Origin: Octopus vulgaris
Taxonomy: Eukaryota
Assembly (NCBI GenBank): GCA_951406725.2
Contig: OX597822.1
Span: 32,178,001-32,242,000, forward strand
Length of the DNA stretch: 64,000 nucleotides
Direction of reading: 5' to 3'
The position numbers and the translations under genes are program-made. Under the pieces are notes generated by a model that made no database searches, was not told where the DNA came from, and worked only from the letters and a program-made list of their open reading frames with translations. Of the stretch, positions 13,908-26,820 are shown piece after piece. The number at the start of each line of letters is the position of its first letter. Positions within the stretch are counted from its first letter, which is position 1.

Positions 13908-15128
13908 GGTACTGGAACAAAAGAAAAGCGACAAAATTATCTAATATTTGGTTTTTAAAAGATAAAGGTGTCGATTATAACATCCATTGGAAGATTTTGG
14001 CCAAATGTAAGCCCTACACCAACGGCAGCGGAAAGCGCAGTCTATGCGACATGGAGAGATGGCTTATCTGGAAAAGCAGCTTAGACCCTTCTACATGTCT
14101 AAACTCAAGGACAGAACTTTTCGGATCATGCCCACGTGTGACAAAATTTTTGTTACGTTTTTGGTCCCCTAAAGAAAACAGATTGAACTTGCTTTCTATA
14201 TTATGTCCCCAAAAGTTTTTTTTATTTCATTATACCTTTTATTATTTTATTTATTTTTATATTTTCCCACATAATAATTTTTTCTGTACTTTTCTATCCT
14301 GCAATTTTTCCTGTGCCTATGTAGACGTGTATATAGTTTCATTTGTACACGTATGTGAATATGTATGAGTGGGCAGTTTTAGATGTGTGCGTGTGTGCGG
14401 GCATAAGAATGCATATATATATATATGGACGTTTTTACTTAGTATTTTTCCATTTTTTAGGTTTTTGTGTGTGTGTGTGGGGGGGGCATATGTATATGCA
14501 TTTTTTGTATATGCATGTGTGTGTATGCGTATATAAACATGTGAGGGTATGTACATATATGGGCGTGTGTGTGTATGAGTGCATAAGGGCATGTCCGTAT
14601 ATTAACGTGGTTTTTATGCTTTGTATACTTCCTTATGTTTTCTTATGTTACCTTTAACCATAGTTTTTCTTGTGCTTGTGCGTATATAGACGTATGTATG
14701 AACTTTTACGGTACGCATGTATGTGTATGAGTTTGTATATATATGCGTATATATTTGTCGAAAAATGCGAGTGAAGATGTGTACGTTTTCATAGTGACGT
14801 ATAAGTACGCACGTGGATCCGTGAGCGCACATGTGAGCGTATGACTAGCGATGTTTTACGAGTTTACTATGAAATTTTGATCTTATTTTATATAAGTAGC
14901 AGATTATAACACAGTAATTTCCCTTTATATTACGGTATTTTTTCATAGCATTTTTTCAGATGGCCAGATAACCGAAGAGATGGTGTTGTGGATTTCCACT
15001 TCGGCATCTGAAACTCAGAGTTTTATCTTGACTATTGAGTAATTACAACATATTATTTTATAGATAATTACCTCTATTTACATAATATTGAGGTATCTTT
15101 CTTTCTATTGTTATCTTACCGTTTTTAT

Positions 15129-15133
<5 letters not shown>
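13908..15133 (+). mobile_element. Penelope-like element 3' copy (EN C-terminus, 3' UTR, hammerhead-like motif) ending at (TA)n
   Basis: 13908-14556 mirrors 13105-13786; ORF reads ...CLNSRTELFGSCPRVTKFLL; terminal segment also occurs at 62222-62372 (-). Confidence 0.92.
14966..15028 (+). ncRNA. Minimal type I hammerhead-like ribozyme motif (U4C core variant)
   Basis: agataa-CCGAAGA-gatg...catc(t)-GAAA-ctcagag-TT-ttatct: stem I agataa/ttatct, stem II gatg/catc, near-palindromic stem III as described for PLE hammerheads. Confidence 0.7.
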
Positions 15134-15189
<56 letters not shown>

Positions 15190-15384
15190 TATAGGATAAC
15201 AAAAAGGAGTGTGCTATAATACTTGAATGATATATATTCAGAAGGCAAGCTCACGATTTATTATGTTTTTCATCTTTACCTGTATCTTTTTTCCGTTCGT
15301 CTGTTTATTACTATATGTGTTTGACTTATATACACAAACAGGTGCACAGACAGATAGACTAAGAGACAGAAAGATAGCCAGATG

Positions 15385-15385
15385 G

Positions 15386-15443
<58 letters not shown>

Positions 15444-15450
15444 TACAGAT

Positions 15451-15511
<61 letters not shown>

Positions 15512-15538
15512 CATAGATAGATAGATAGATAAATAGAT
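15385..15538. repeat. (GATA)n microsatellite
   Basis: Direct; further arrays at 50680-50752 and 52864-53083. Confidence 0.97.
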
Positions 15539-15749
15539 GTCGATATCAAGCTTTTCACCAATCTTTAGTTGATAAAGCAGAGTACCACTTAAATATTCGA
15601 CGGAATGGTAACAACTAGAACTACCCCGTCGATAATCACTAGACTTGAACCGTTATTAGAATCAGTCATTTTCAGCAACATCCCACGTATCATTGTTAAC
15701 AGTTTCATTCTTTGAACAAACTCGTCTCATGCCATTTACTTATATCTAG

Positions 15750-17200
15750 AGACTGGGCTATAACAATTGGCAAAATGTTTCTCAAGTTTTCCTTTTCACC
15801 TAAATTTCAAGAAACTTCGTTAGATTCAGAGCAATATTAACTGAAAATGCCAGTAATTATTGCCATTCCAGATTTTGCTATTTTTAATCCATATTTTATA
15901 TTAGTTATTGATATTCTGAAGGAACTTTCTTTCACTTGTATGACTCTAGAAAATATTTTTTTCTTTTTTTTCTTTTATGAGCCATAGTTTGTAAACATCA
16001 CTCTTCAAAGTTTTGTGCAGCATATTTTCCCAAATCACTATTACATAATCTGTCATTTCTCTTATCTTATGATCAGACTGTATGGTGAAGTCCTAAAGTA
16101 CGTTCATTCCATCTGGATCTAGCAATTTATCATGCTTTCGCTCATGACACTTATCAGTTCTATTTAGCTTATGTTTCATACACGAACATCAGCATATATC
16201 TCCGGCAATATTCTCATGTTTTCTTTCTTTTTTGCTCCTTGTGTAGTAAGCTATATTATTAATATTGTACTCACAATTTGGTCACAATGTGGTTTTATTC
16301 CGCATAGTATTCATAATGGTGGTTCTGCAGTTTTGTCAATATTACACTTCATATAATTAGTTTTTAGGGGATAGTACGTGCGCTACACATATCAGTCATC
16401 ACCCAAATGTTTGATCTCCCTATTTGATTTACTCATAATTTTCAATCATACAGGATTGTCTAATTTACGCCACATATAAACTGTCAATGCATCAATTTAT
16501 CCTTCTACATGTTTCTATCTTTTGTTCTACCATTTTGTAATTATCATTTTTTTCATTCAGTAACATACCTTATTGTTTCATATCCATCAACCAGGGTGTT
16601 ATGCACTGTTCTTTATATGCCAACCTAGATGATTACCTCATTTATCACAGACTTTCTGTAGTTCAAGCAAGTCACATTAACCTTTAATTCTGAGTATACA
16701 GTTTCTGTTAAATGCGGTTTGTGGATGTAGCGCTTTAAATCTCTTAATTTCTTTCCTTCATTTCATAATTTACGCTCCATAATCCACCGTCTAAAAAACA
16801 AGTGTTTATGGTCATAATCTATTTTTTTCATATTATGTGTTTTAAAGCTAATTTTGGCATTCTAAAGTATTGTTATATAAATACCCCTTTCTGTTATTCT
16901 ATTTTCAAGATATTTTCTGTCTCCTATATACTTAAATGTTCGTCCTCTGTTTTTCATGAACTACCTATCAAGTAATATTCTCCCATTACGTGACACCAAG
17001 TTTCCTATTCAAATGATTAGCACATTATACTACTTAAGCTTCGAAACTCACACTTGTATCTTTCTTAAATATATGATCAATGTTTAGCAGTGCATCAGCT
17101 GGTTTCTACTCTTCTGAACATGTTAAGGTTATCCGTAAATAGTAGATATCTTATTTTCAGCAGAAGTTTTATGAGATCATGTCTAATATCCGCTTCAGTA
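15750..17200 (-). pseudogene. Highly decayed R4/Dong-clade LINE (RT, CCHC and RLE regions)
   Basis: KIRYLLFTDNLNMF (cf. HLLFMDDLKLY), FKYIG, LKTNYMKCNIDKTAEPPL*ILCG, RKHENIA...NVL*DFTIQSDHKI. Confidence 0.8.
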
Positions 17201-17353
17201 AAATCAACATTGACGGCATCTCACACGAAAGGAAGGAAAGTAGTAAGAAACTGTTTCATTTGTAGATTGCTGTCGTTCTTTCAACCTTCTAAGTAAATTA
17301 CAGTTGATATTTCCACTTTTCATGACACATCCAAAGAAAGGATTATTATTATT

Positions 17354-17905
17354 GTGTGAGAGAGCAGTGCATGCCATCAAAGTGACACTGGGGTAAAATA
17401 TACAAAGCCCGGTATACCCATCATGATTACCCGTCTGATAAGGGTACACTAGGCACATGCATCACAAACATATGTGGCGACATGATGATCTCATATCAAG
17501 ATAAACAGCGCATGACCTTGCAGGTGGGGCCCAGTTAGAATTTCCTTCTTGTCGAGTAACCCATCCCGCTCAAAAGGCTCCTGGATAAGGATTGTTTAAG
17601 GCTGTTGAACGAACCACCCATGTTTCTAGATGTAAATTATTCAAACCCCAAAGAATCCCTCTCAACACATGGCTATGATTCTCTCCCACTAATTCTGCTC
17701 GTGATCAGAGATGCACATATCGTCAGCCACTAAGGGACATACTCAATTGGTTAAGGTAAAAAACGGACAAGCAAATCTGTGGTATTGAGCAGAATATTTG
17801 CTGTAGCCCATCTTTTATACCAAGACAAAACAATGTACATGATAACACATGCAATCAGTTAATATCAGAAGCCATGAGAGCCACTGCTTGGTACTGCATC
17901 AGGGC

Positions 17906-17975
<70 letters not shown>

Positions 17976-19143
17976 GAGTGAGAGAGCAGTGCATGCCATC
18001 AAAGTGACACTGGGGTAAAATATACGAAGCCCAATATACCCATCATGACTACCCGTCTGATAAGGGTACACTAGGCACATGCATCACAACCATATGTGCG
18101 CGACATGGTGATCTCATATCAAGATAAACAGCACATGACCTTGCAGGTGGGGCCCAGTTAAAATTTTCTTCAGGTTGAGTAGCCCATTCCGCTCAAACGG
18201 TCCCTGAATAAGGGTTGTTTAAGGATGTTCAAAGAACCACCCATGTTTCCAGAGGTGAATTATTCAAACCCCAAAGACTCCGTCTCAACACATGGCTTTG
18301 ATGTTCCCCCACTACTTCTGCTTGTGATCAGAGATGCACATATCGTCAGCCACTAAGGGACATGCTCAACTGGTTAAGGTCAAACAACTGACAAGCAAAT
18401 CTGTGATATTGAGCAGAATATTTGCTGTAGCCCATCTTTTATACCAAGACAAAACAATGTACATGATAACATTTCCAATCAGTTAAGATCAGAAGCCATG
18501 AGAGCCACTGCCTGCTACTGCATCAGGGCATTTTATTATTATTATTTTATTATTATTATTATTATCATTACTATTATTATTATTATTATTGAGTGAGTGA
18601 GCAGAGCATGCCATCAAAGTGACACTGGGGTAAAATATACGAAGCCCAATATACCCATCATGACTACCCGTCTGATAAGGGCACACCAGGCACATGCATC
18701 ACAACCATATGTGCGCGGCATGGTGGTCTCATATCAAGATAAACTGCACATGACCTTGCAGGTGGGGCCCAGTTAGAATTTTCTTCAGGTTGAGTAGCCC
18801 ATCCCGCTCAAACGGTCCCTGAATAAGGGTTGTTTAAGGATGTTGAAAAACCCACCGATGTCTCCAGAGGTGAATTATTCAAACCCCAAAGAATCCCTCT
18901 CAACACATGGCTATGATGCTCCCCCACTACTTCTGCTCGTGATCAGAGATGCACATATCGTCAGCCACTAAGGGACATGCTCAACTGGTTAAGGTCAAAC
19001 AACTGACAAGCAAATCTGTGGTATTGAGCAGAATATGTGCTGTAGCCCATCTTTTATACCAAGACAGAACAATGTACATGATAACACTTCCAATCAGTTA
19101 AGATCAGAAGCCATGAGAGCCTCTGCCTGGTACTGCATCAGGG

Positions 19144-19183
<40 letters not shown>

Positions 19184-19699
19184 GAGTGAGAGAGCAGTTC
19201 ATGCCATCAAAGTGACACTGGGGTAAAATATACGAAGCCCAATATACCCATCATGACTACCCGTCTGATAAAGGTACACTAGGCACATGCATCACAACCA
19301 TATGTGCGCGACATGGTGATCTCATATCAAGATAAACAGCACATGACCTTGCAGGTGGGGCCCAGTTAGAATTTTCTTCAGGTTGAGTAGCCCATCCCGC
19401 TCAAACGGTCCCTGAATAAGGGTTGCTTAAGGATGTTGAAAGAACCACCCATGTTTCCAGAGGTGAACTATTCAAACCCCAAAGAATCCCTCTCAACACA
19501 TGGCTATGATGCTCCCCCACTACTTCTGCTCGTGATCAGAGATGCACATATCGTCAGCCACTAAGGGACATGCTCAACTGGTTAAGGTCAAACAACTGAC
19601 AAGCAAATCTGTGGTATTGAGCAGAATATTTGCTGTAGCCCATCTTTTATACCAAGACAAAACAATGTACATGATAACACTTCCAATCAGTTAAGATCA

Positions 19700-19700
<1 letters not shown>
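17354..19700 (-). repeat. Tandem array of four ~555-bp non-coding units separated by (TTA)n
   Basis: Units at 17354-17906, 17976-18530, 18591-19145 and 19184-19700 (last one truncated); no long ORF in the frames I translated and none over ~85 aa in the ORF track. Confidence 0.95.
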
Positions 19701-19794
<94 letters not shown>

Positions 19795-20263
19795 CATTAT
19801 TATTATTATTATCATTTCTCCCCAAATAAAATTTCCTGCATATTAACAAAGTTACTTGTAAAATTCCACTATCCTTCAGTATAAACTAGTTTGTCTTTCA
19901 AATTTCTTCGGTCGATCAATAAAACAGAAATCTAAAGCGCGGATTCACAGTTTTTATGATACGAAATGCCATGATGCGTGGCATCTCTTGGGATATCTGC
20001 CTTCTTATTTCAGATTCCACATATTGTCCCTAGCGTCCAACCTGAAAGAAATCGGAACTTTCCGGACACGTCTAAAGATAATGGCTCTACGATGCTAGAC
20101 AGAGCACCGCGACCACTAGTGCAATATCTCAGTCGCATTAATATACATAACTGTGGTCCTGGACAATACGTACGTACATACATACATACATACATACAAA
20201 GATACACACACACACACGCACATATATGTGTGTGCATACATACATGCATGCATACATACATAC

Positions 20264-20301
<38 letters not shown>

Positions 20302-20340
20302 AGAGTAAATAATTTCTTCGATGGTTTTTCAAAAAACCAG

Positions 20341-20438
<98 letters not shown>

Positions 20439-20863
20439 GTACAGAGAGAGGCAGAGACAGACAGACAGAGAGCGACAGAGGTGGGTGAAATTCTGGTGGA
20501 ATGGTAGCATATTGCGGAACATGTTTAAAAGTTTTCATTATGATTGTTCTTGCAGTTTATTTCGATCGCAGGTTTCTATAATAAAAGCTAGAACCCAAAA
20601 TGCTTTGCCATAATTATTTTACCTATATCAAAACATAAGATAGCTAGGGCTATACTATAGAATCCGTTGTACCATTACTAAGACGATAGTGTATGGTTGC
20701 AAAGGAATATTAGCTGCTATGTTTAGCATATAACACGTAGAGTCATCTTCATTATGCTGGCGGTCTATATTTAGTAGCTATTTAGATTATTTACCGGCTT
20801 ATAATTTAAGTAAATTATGAATTAAATATTGATAATGTATATTATATTGTTTTGATAATGATG

Positions 20864-20994
<131 letters not shown>

Positions 20995-21460
20995 CATAAT
21001 AATAACAGCCCCGCACTGAATAACAACATGGACGTGCTACAGCGGGCTCCCCATTCAAAAACAAATCTAATCCAATAACTTCGATGGAATTAGATAAATT
21101 AACCTGTGGAGGATGTGAAGGAAACGGTCTTTTAACGAAAATAATAAAAAAAAAAACGACATTTTACTGCCACATAAAGCACAGTTTCTCCTATACACGA
21201 TGTCTCAGTGAAATATGTGCGAAACACACTCAGTAAGTTATCGCAGGAAAGTTTACAAATTATAAAATAGAAAGGGAACAAAGTAGTAAGTACATAAATT
21301 GAGTAATTACGCATATACTCGAATGTCTGCACAAGCATATATACATTTTGATACTCAAAGGACTACACATACACCTCAATGTTTACACAACTGCGTGATA
21401 TTTACAGGACACACATTGACGCATATGAAAACACGTGACACAACCGAAGCAAAAACAAAA

Positions 21461-22112
21461 CAAAACTTTTTTTTCGAAATAACACCGTGTGAACCATTCA
21501 TAAGTTTAAAAACATCACAAAGACTATACTCAGAGATAAACCTATCAACAAAAAATAAAGACGAATGCAGATCTATTAGTCTTAAGAGCAAAAATAACAA
21601 CAAAACTTTTTATTCGAAATAACACAGCGTGAACCATTCATAAGTTTTAAAAAATCACAAAAAACTATACTCAGAGATAAACCTATCAACAAAAAAATAC
21701 AGACGAATACAGATCTATTAGTCCTAAGAAGCTACGGTAAGAGCAATGTTTACATGCAGCGAACACTCAGTGACTGTGTTGTCTCAAAAAACATACCCTA
21801 AACAGACAAATCCGTTCCCTAATGGCAACGTCGAAGCTCGCCATGCCTTAATGATAACAAAGCACATTACAAATCAGATTAGTCGTCGACCGGATCAGAA
21901 TGGGCCACGTACTCTGTATAGATGTGTTAACGTTAAACTACGTTACGAGCAATGCAGAGAACTCGGTGACGGTGTTGTCTCAAAAACTTAACCGTAAACA
22001 GACAGATCCGTCCCTTAATGTCAACGTCGAAGCTCGTCATGCTCACTGTATAACAAAGCAAAATACAAACCGGAATGGTTATTGACCAGATTACAAAAGG
22101 CCACGTACTCGA
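21461..22112 (+). repeat. Two local tandem duplications (about 130 bp x2 and about 170 bp x2), probably in the 5' region of the downstream R4 element
   Basis: 21461-21590 vs 21601-21730; about 21740-21912 vs 21948-22110. Confidence 0.75.
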
Positions 22113-22199
22113 ATGAGGAATCAGATTCGATGCCAAAAATCAGCTACTGGCTCAGATCTTCCCGTCACACAGGAGCTGGAAGTACCCAACAACCGGAAT

Positions 22200-22932
22200 A
22201 TTCCAACAGATGCCCATTCGTGCTTGTCCTCAAACAACCAAAAGAACGGAAATGAAAAATGGTCTGGGGGAGATAATAAGGGAGTTCTTATGGTCTTCTA
22301 CCATGTCATATATTTCCCCACAAATAAATCTAATACTGTACAAACCTACTTAAACTGGAGACAGAAACACCTTGAAGTAAACCCCTACATAGACACTAAC
22401 AAACTTGCCAACATCAGCAGCAGAACTATGGAAAAAATTACTACCTGAAGTAGAGATTGACCAAATTAAACAAGAACGAAGCTGTAGCTAAAGAAGATAC
22501 TACAGAGGAAATAATTATAGACCAGACCAGGGATGATGAAAATGCAGTAATGATTGAAACCGTTAATATAACTAATAAGCAAAGTGAAATACTCTCTGAA
22601 ACAACCATAAACACTAAGGTGGATGAAAATCAAATAGATGAAGAAAATCACACAGAAATTGACCCAAGAGAGCTACGTGATCTAAAAAACCAAATCATGA
22701 TTGAATGGCTAAAAATTAAAGAAACCAGTATGAATGAACGTGATACTCTCCTAAAAATTCGCAGTTCTAACCAAAACCTGAAAATAATTGGTAAAATTCG
22801 CTTTGCACTTAAGGATATAATTTCAGCTAATGATGTTAATATTAGAGATCTCAACAACCTGTACTATGCATCCGCGAAAATCTCAACGATTCTATGTGAT
22901 GAAAATATTAGAAAACATTCTCACAAAAAGTC
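22200..22932 (+). pseudogene. R4/Dong-clade LINE ORF N-terminal remnant
   Basis: KWSGGDNKGVLMVFY...TNKLAN and MNERDTLLKIR...DVNIRDLNNLYYASAKI, resembling R4/Dong N-termini. Confidence 0.65.
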
Positions 22933-23049
22933 GGATCTTTTCCTTTGATAGACAGAATTCAACACAATTTCTAGTTAACTAAACCATTTGAAACTTCGTT
23001 TACTGGTAGAATGTGTCAAAAGAAAACATTATTTTCACTTGGCTTTTTT
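22933..23049 (-). mobile_element. Terminal fragment of the telomeric-repeat MITE family
   Basis: ggatcttttcctttga...aaacttcgtttactggtagaatgtgt matches 38203 onward and the reverse complement of the 24826 end. Confidence 0.7.
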
Positions 23050-23059
23050 GATACGTTTG

Positions 23060-23426
23060 TAATTCGTTTGTTTAACGGAGTCTTTAGTCATATGTCAAGC
23101 CACAACAAGGACCTCAAACATATAATGCTTTCCTTAAGATGTGCGCTGTGTCCAGTAAGGCTGCTTTTTGAAAGACATCAATCTTGCATGGGATTTCCAG
23201 TTACCTTAAGAAGATTTGAAGTTTCAACGGGATTGAGCCCAATGCTCCGATAACCACTGGTATCACTTTAACATTACACTCTCACATTTCATAGTCTTGC
23301 CATTTCCACTTTCAATTTGGAGTACTTGGTGATTTTTTTCAACCTCTTTACTTACAGCATTCATGTCATTTGTTATGCCTACATCAATGATCTGACAGCA
23401 TTTGTCTCTCTTAATCAATATGACAT

Positions 23427-23428
<2 letters not shown>
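23060..23428 (-). pseudogene. R4/Dong-clade LINE 3' end (restriction-like endonuclease)
   Basis: IIDVGITND..EVEK..ITKYSKLKVEM..VKVIPVVIGALGSIP..FQKAALLDTAHILRKAL*. Confidence 0.9.
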
Positions 23429-23682
<254 letters not shown>

Positions 23683-24343
23683 AATGTTATTTTGCTTACT
23701 AATTTGATAATTGTATCGAACTGCAGATTCAATATGCCAGAAAAATGCCTTGTGGTCATTACAATCTCTGTTTATATTTAGATTAATCAATGACAACTTT
23801 ACCTTTTAAACATTCAGAGTGCATACAATAAGTATCAGTCAATTACTGTGTGAACTGAAATTTATTTACATATAGTGGAAAAGTCTTGTCTAAGGCCAAA
23901 GTTAGAAATAATCTATAAGTACTGTTTTGTTTATTCGAACATACCTTCGAAATTTAACGCCTGAACGGTAGACATGATCGATTGATGTTTTATTAGAACA
24001 CAGAGGGCATCATCAATTGATATTTCAAAATTGTACATAGATACGGCTAACATCAACTGATAACCAAACGTCTGCTTATTCAAATGAACGTACATTGCTT
24101 TACGTTTCGATCCGTCGAAGTCAGTGAGAATTTGCGACTTCCATAACGCCAGGAATAGTCAAGTTATGAACTCAACTCTTCGGAACATTTTACAGCGGCA
24201 AATCATAGGAATATTTCACAGAGTTTTGCAAGGTGATCTGATATTTTAAAAAGTAGTGATGAGATATCCGGATAATTCAGTTATCCAGCACTTTGAACCC
24301 AGATGGACCCAACAATTTGATCCAGATAACCGGAAAATTCAGT

Positions 24344-24826
24344 GGATCGTTTCGGTTTGAACGGCAGTTTTTTCTAGCGGTATCATATGAAATTGTCACC
24401 CATAATTATGACCCTAGTATCGATCTATTGCATTTCGATCTGTTTTAGGCTTCGGGTTAGTTAGGGTTAGTTAGGGTCAGGGTTAGGGTTAGGGTTAGGG
24501 TTAGAGTTAGGGTTAGAGTTAGGGCTAGGGGTGGGGGGAGAGTATCTCTTTTCTTCACAAATGTAAATGAACCCAATCTGTTTCTTAAACGAAGGACATA
24601 TTCATACGGCACAGAATGTTTTCACCTCAATAGACGGTCATTGATTGGTTGAAATTGCCGAAATGCAAGAAATTAAAGACCAAATATCATACAAACTATA
24701 GAATTTTCTCAATAAAGCCAAGACAAAATGATGTTTTATAAACACATTCTACCAGTATACGAAGTTTAAAATTATTTAGTTATCTAGAAATTATGTTAAA
24801 AACTGCCGTTCAAACCGAAAAGATCC
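24344..24826. mobile_element. MITE with 28-bp TIRs, 8-bp TSD and internal (TTAGGG)n; Merlin-like by TIR/TSD
   Basis: TIRs ggatc(g/t)tttcggtttgaacggcagtttt (one mismatch); TSD aattcagt at 24336-24343 and 24827-24834; telomeric-type repeats at about 24455-24530. Confidence 0.9.
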
Positions 24827-26046
24827 AATTCAGTTATCCAACACCTTGGACCTAGTGGTGTCGGATAGGAGTCGGATTTAGTATGTGTTGTGTGTATAAC
24901 ATATAGGGAGAATTGATGAACCTTAATTGTCACATGTCATTGTTTTGTGGAAACAATGTATGACAGAGAGAAGCTCTTCTGTGGTGTAGATTTTTCAAAG
25001 CCGAATTGCTGTATGTTCATTATTAAGAGCTGAGATACTGAAATGAATATAAAAGAGGCATCTTGGTAAAATGCTAAATCGTTAAATGGGAAATGTAATG
25101 TGGAACTATATTTCATTAAGTTATTTCCGGATGAGTTTCACGTTGAATGCTTGAGAATATGTGCGAGAAATCTATCACTTGCTGTAGAATAAATATTCAT
25201 ATAAATATATATTAGCTGGAATGATTTGTGTATGAAATAATTGTCTATACGTGACTTTCTTAGATCTGGCTAACGCTTGTGGAATAAAGAATGACTCAGA
25301 TGTTAGAAGATATGAAACTGTTCATGCAAAATAAATAACTAACGGAAAAACCATCCCAGTATTAAGAGGTGCGAAATGTCGTTATAAATTCAAAACGAAG
25401 AGATACTACAAAGAAGTTGATGAGATGGAAATTTAGTAGTTTATTCTGATCACAAATACTGGTACGTCAAATGCTTTAAAACTGTTTAGAATCTGTTCAA
25501 GTTGGGAAGTATATTTATTAGAACAAAACAGCTCTAACATGATGTAGTCTGAACATTGATTACAGCTATGTTCGCCATTGATTTAAAATGAAAAATAGTA
25601 TTTTCTTATAGTTAAGTCGGGAGGACAAGGATGGATGTCCAAAAGCAACCATGGACAAAGTGATGGTGTAAACACAGCGATGGATTAAATTTATCACCAT
25701 TGTAAACATTTACACAGCTTTGGTCAACCTAAATTTCTGAGAGTCATTCTGGTTAAAACCCGAGACTAATAAGTAATCACTTTATCAAACTCTCCCTTGG
25801 TGTCATGAAAACCAGATCCAGATTTGATAAATATTGCCTGAAATAAAGGTACCAGTTTAAAAACAGCTATGTTGATATAGCACAAGTATATAGTAGTTTC
25901 GGAGAATAATCGGGGCCCTCAGGCTAGCGTTGGAATTTACAGCTTTAGAAATAGTAGAATAAGTATGTACATGTAATTGTGATTGAATTACATTTTAAAT
26001 CAAGTAGAAAGATAACTATTATTCAACGCATAGATACTGAACAGTA

Positions 26047-26078
<32 letters not shown>

Positions 26079-26085
<7 letters not shown>

Positions 26086-26235
26086 AGGGTACTACTATTC
26101 GTAGATACCATACGCTAAGAGGGACCAATGCGGTCAAAACTACTAAAATAAACATTTTATAAATATTTTAGTAGTTTTGACCGCATTGGTCCCTCTTAGC
26201 GTATGGTATCTACGAATAGTAGTACCCTCAATATA
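26079..26235. repeat. Perfect 72-bp inverted repeat with 13-nt spacer, abutting (TA)n
   Basis: 26079-26150 is the exact reverse complement of 26164-26235. Confidence 0.95.
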
Positions 26236-26554
26236 ATATAAATAAATATTTTCAAAGTGGAAAAATTTACGGATTTTGTCTCTTACGAGGTTTTTCACGC
26301 TAACTACTGATAATTTATTTTAAAGATTCTATCCTCAATTGTTAATATATATATATATATATATATATATGAATATAAATATAAATTAATAGTTTTAAAT
26401 TTAAATAATTTAAATTTTAAATTTTATATTTCATATATTTTGTAAATTATATTAATTATTTTTATTTTTATGTTTTGGTTTATGTTTTTCACTGTTTGAT
26501 TTGCCTAATAGTGGTTTTATTTCTAATTTATATATATATATAATCTTTTTTTCT

Positions 26555-26820
26555 TAAAGCAGAAAAATATGTCGGCAGCCAGCCTTGACATTTTTCGTTT
26601 CTTGTTTCAATTTCCACCGATCAACCTTTTTAAGTTTGCAAATAATGTCGCTATCGTTTTCTTGTAGTCTTGCCTTTATTCTGTCATCGATTGCCTTTTG
26701 TTCATTTGTAATGTCGCCATTAGTTTTATTGTCTTCTTTTAGATCATCTATATGTCTCTCATCAAGTAAACTACCACAGCTCCTTTCCTGTGCTATGAGA
26801 TTACTTCTATTAGTAAGAAC
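26555..26820 (-). pseudogene. Probable R4/Dong N-terminal fragment
   Basis: ...IKARLQENDSDIICKLKKVDRWKLKQETKNVK resembles the LKxVDRxKLKxET segment of R4-clade ORFs. Confidence 0.45.

Noticed and set aside
17354-19700. CRISPR-like repeat/spacer array or hammerhead retrozyme
   Set aside because: Units are 555 bp with microsatellite spacers, there are no cas genes, and the context is eukaryotic. CTGACGA and CTGAAGA on the minus strand lack a correctly placed stem II plus GAAA.
21006-21146. HDV-like ribozyme at the start of the R4-associated region
   Set aside because: Two hairpins are visible (gccccgc/gcgggct; atctaatcca/tggaattagat), but I could not build the nested pseudoknot or the P1.1 GG.
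24455-24530. Telomere or chromosome-fusion scar
   Set aside because: The tract lies inside a TIR/TSD-bounded MITE and recurs in a second copy.
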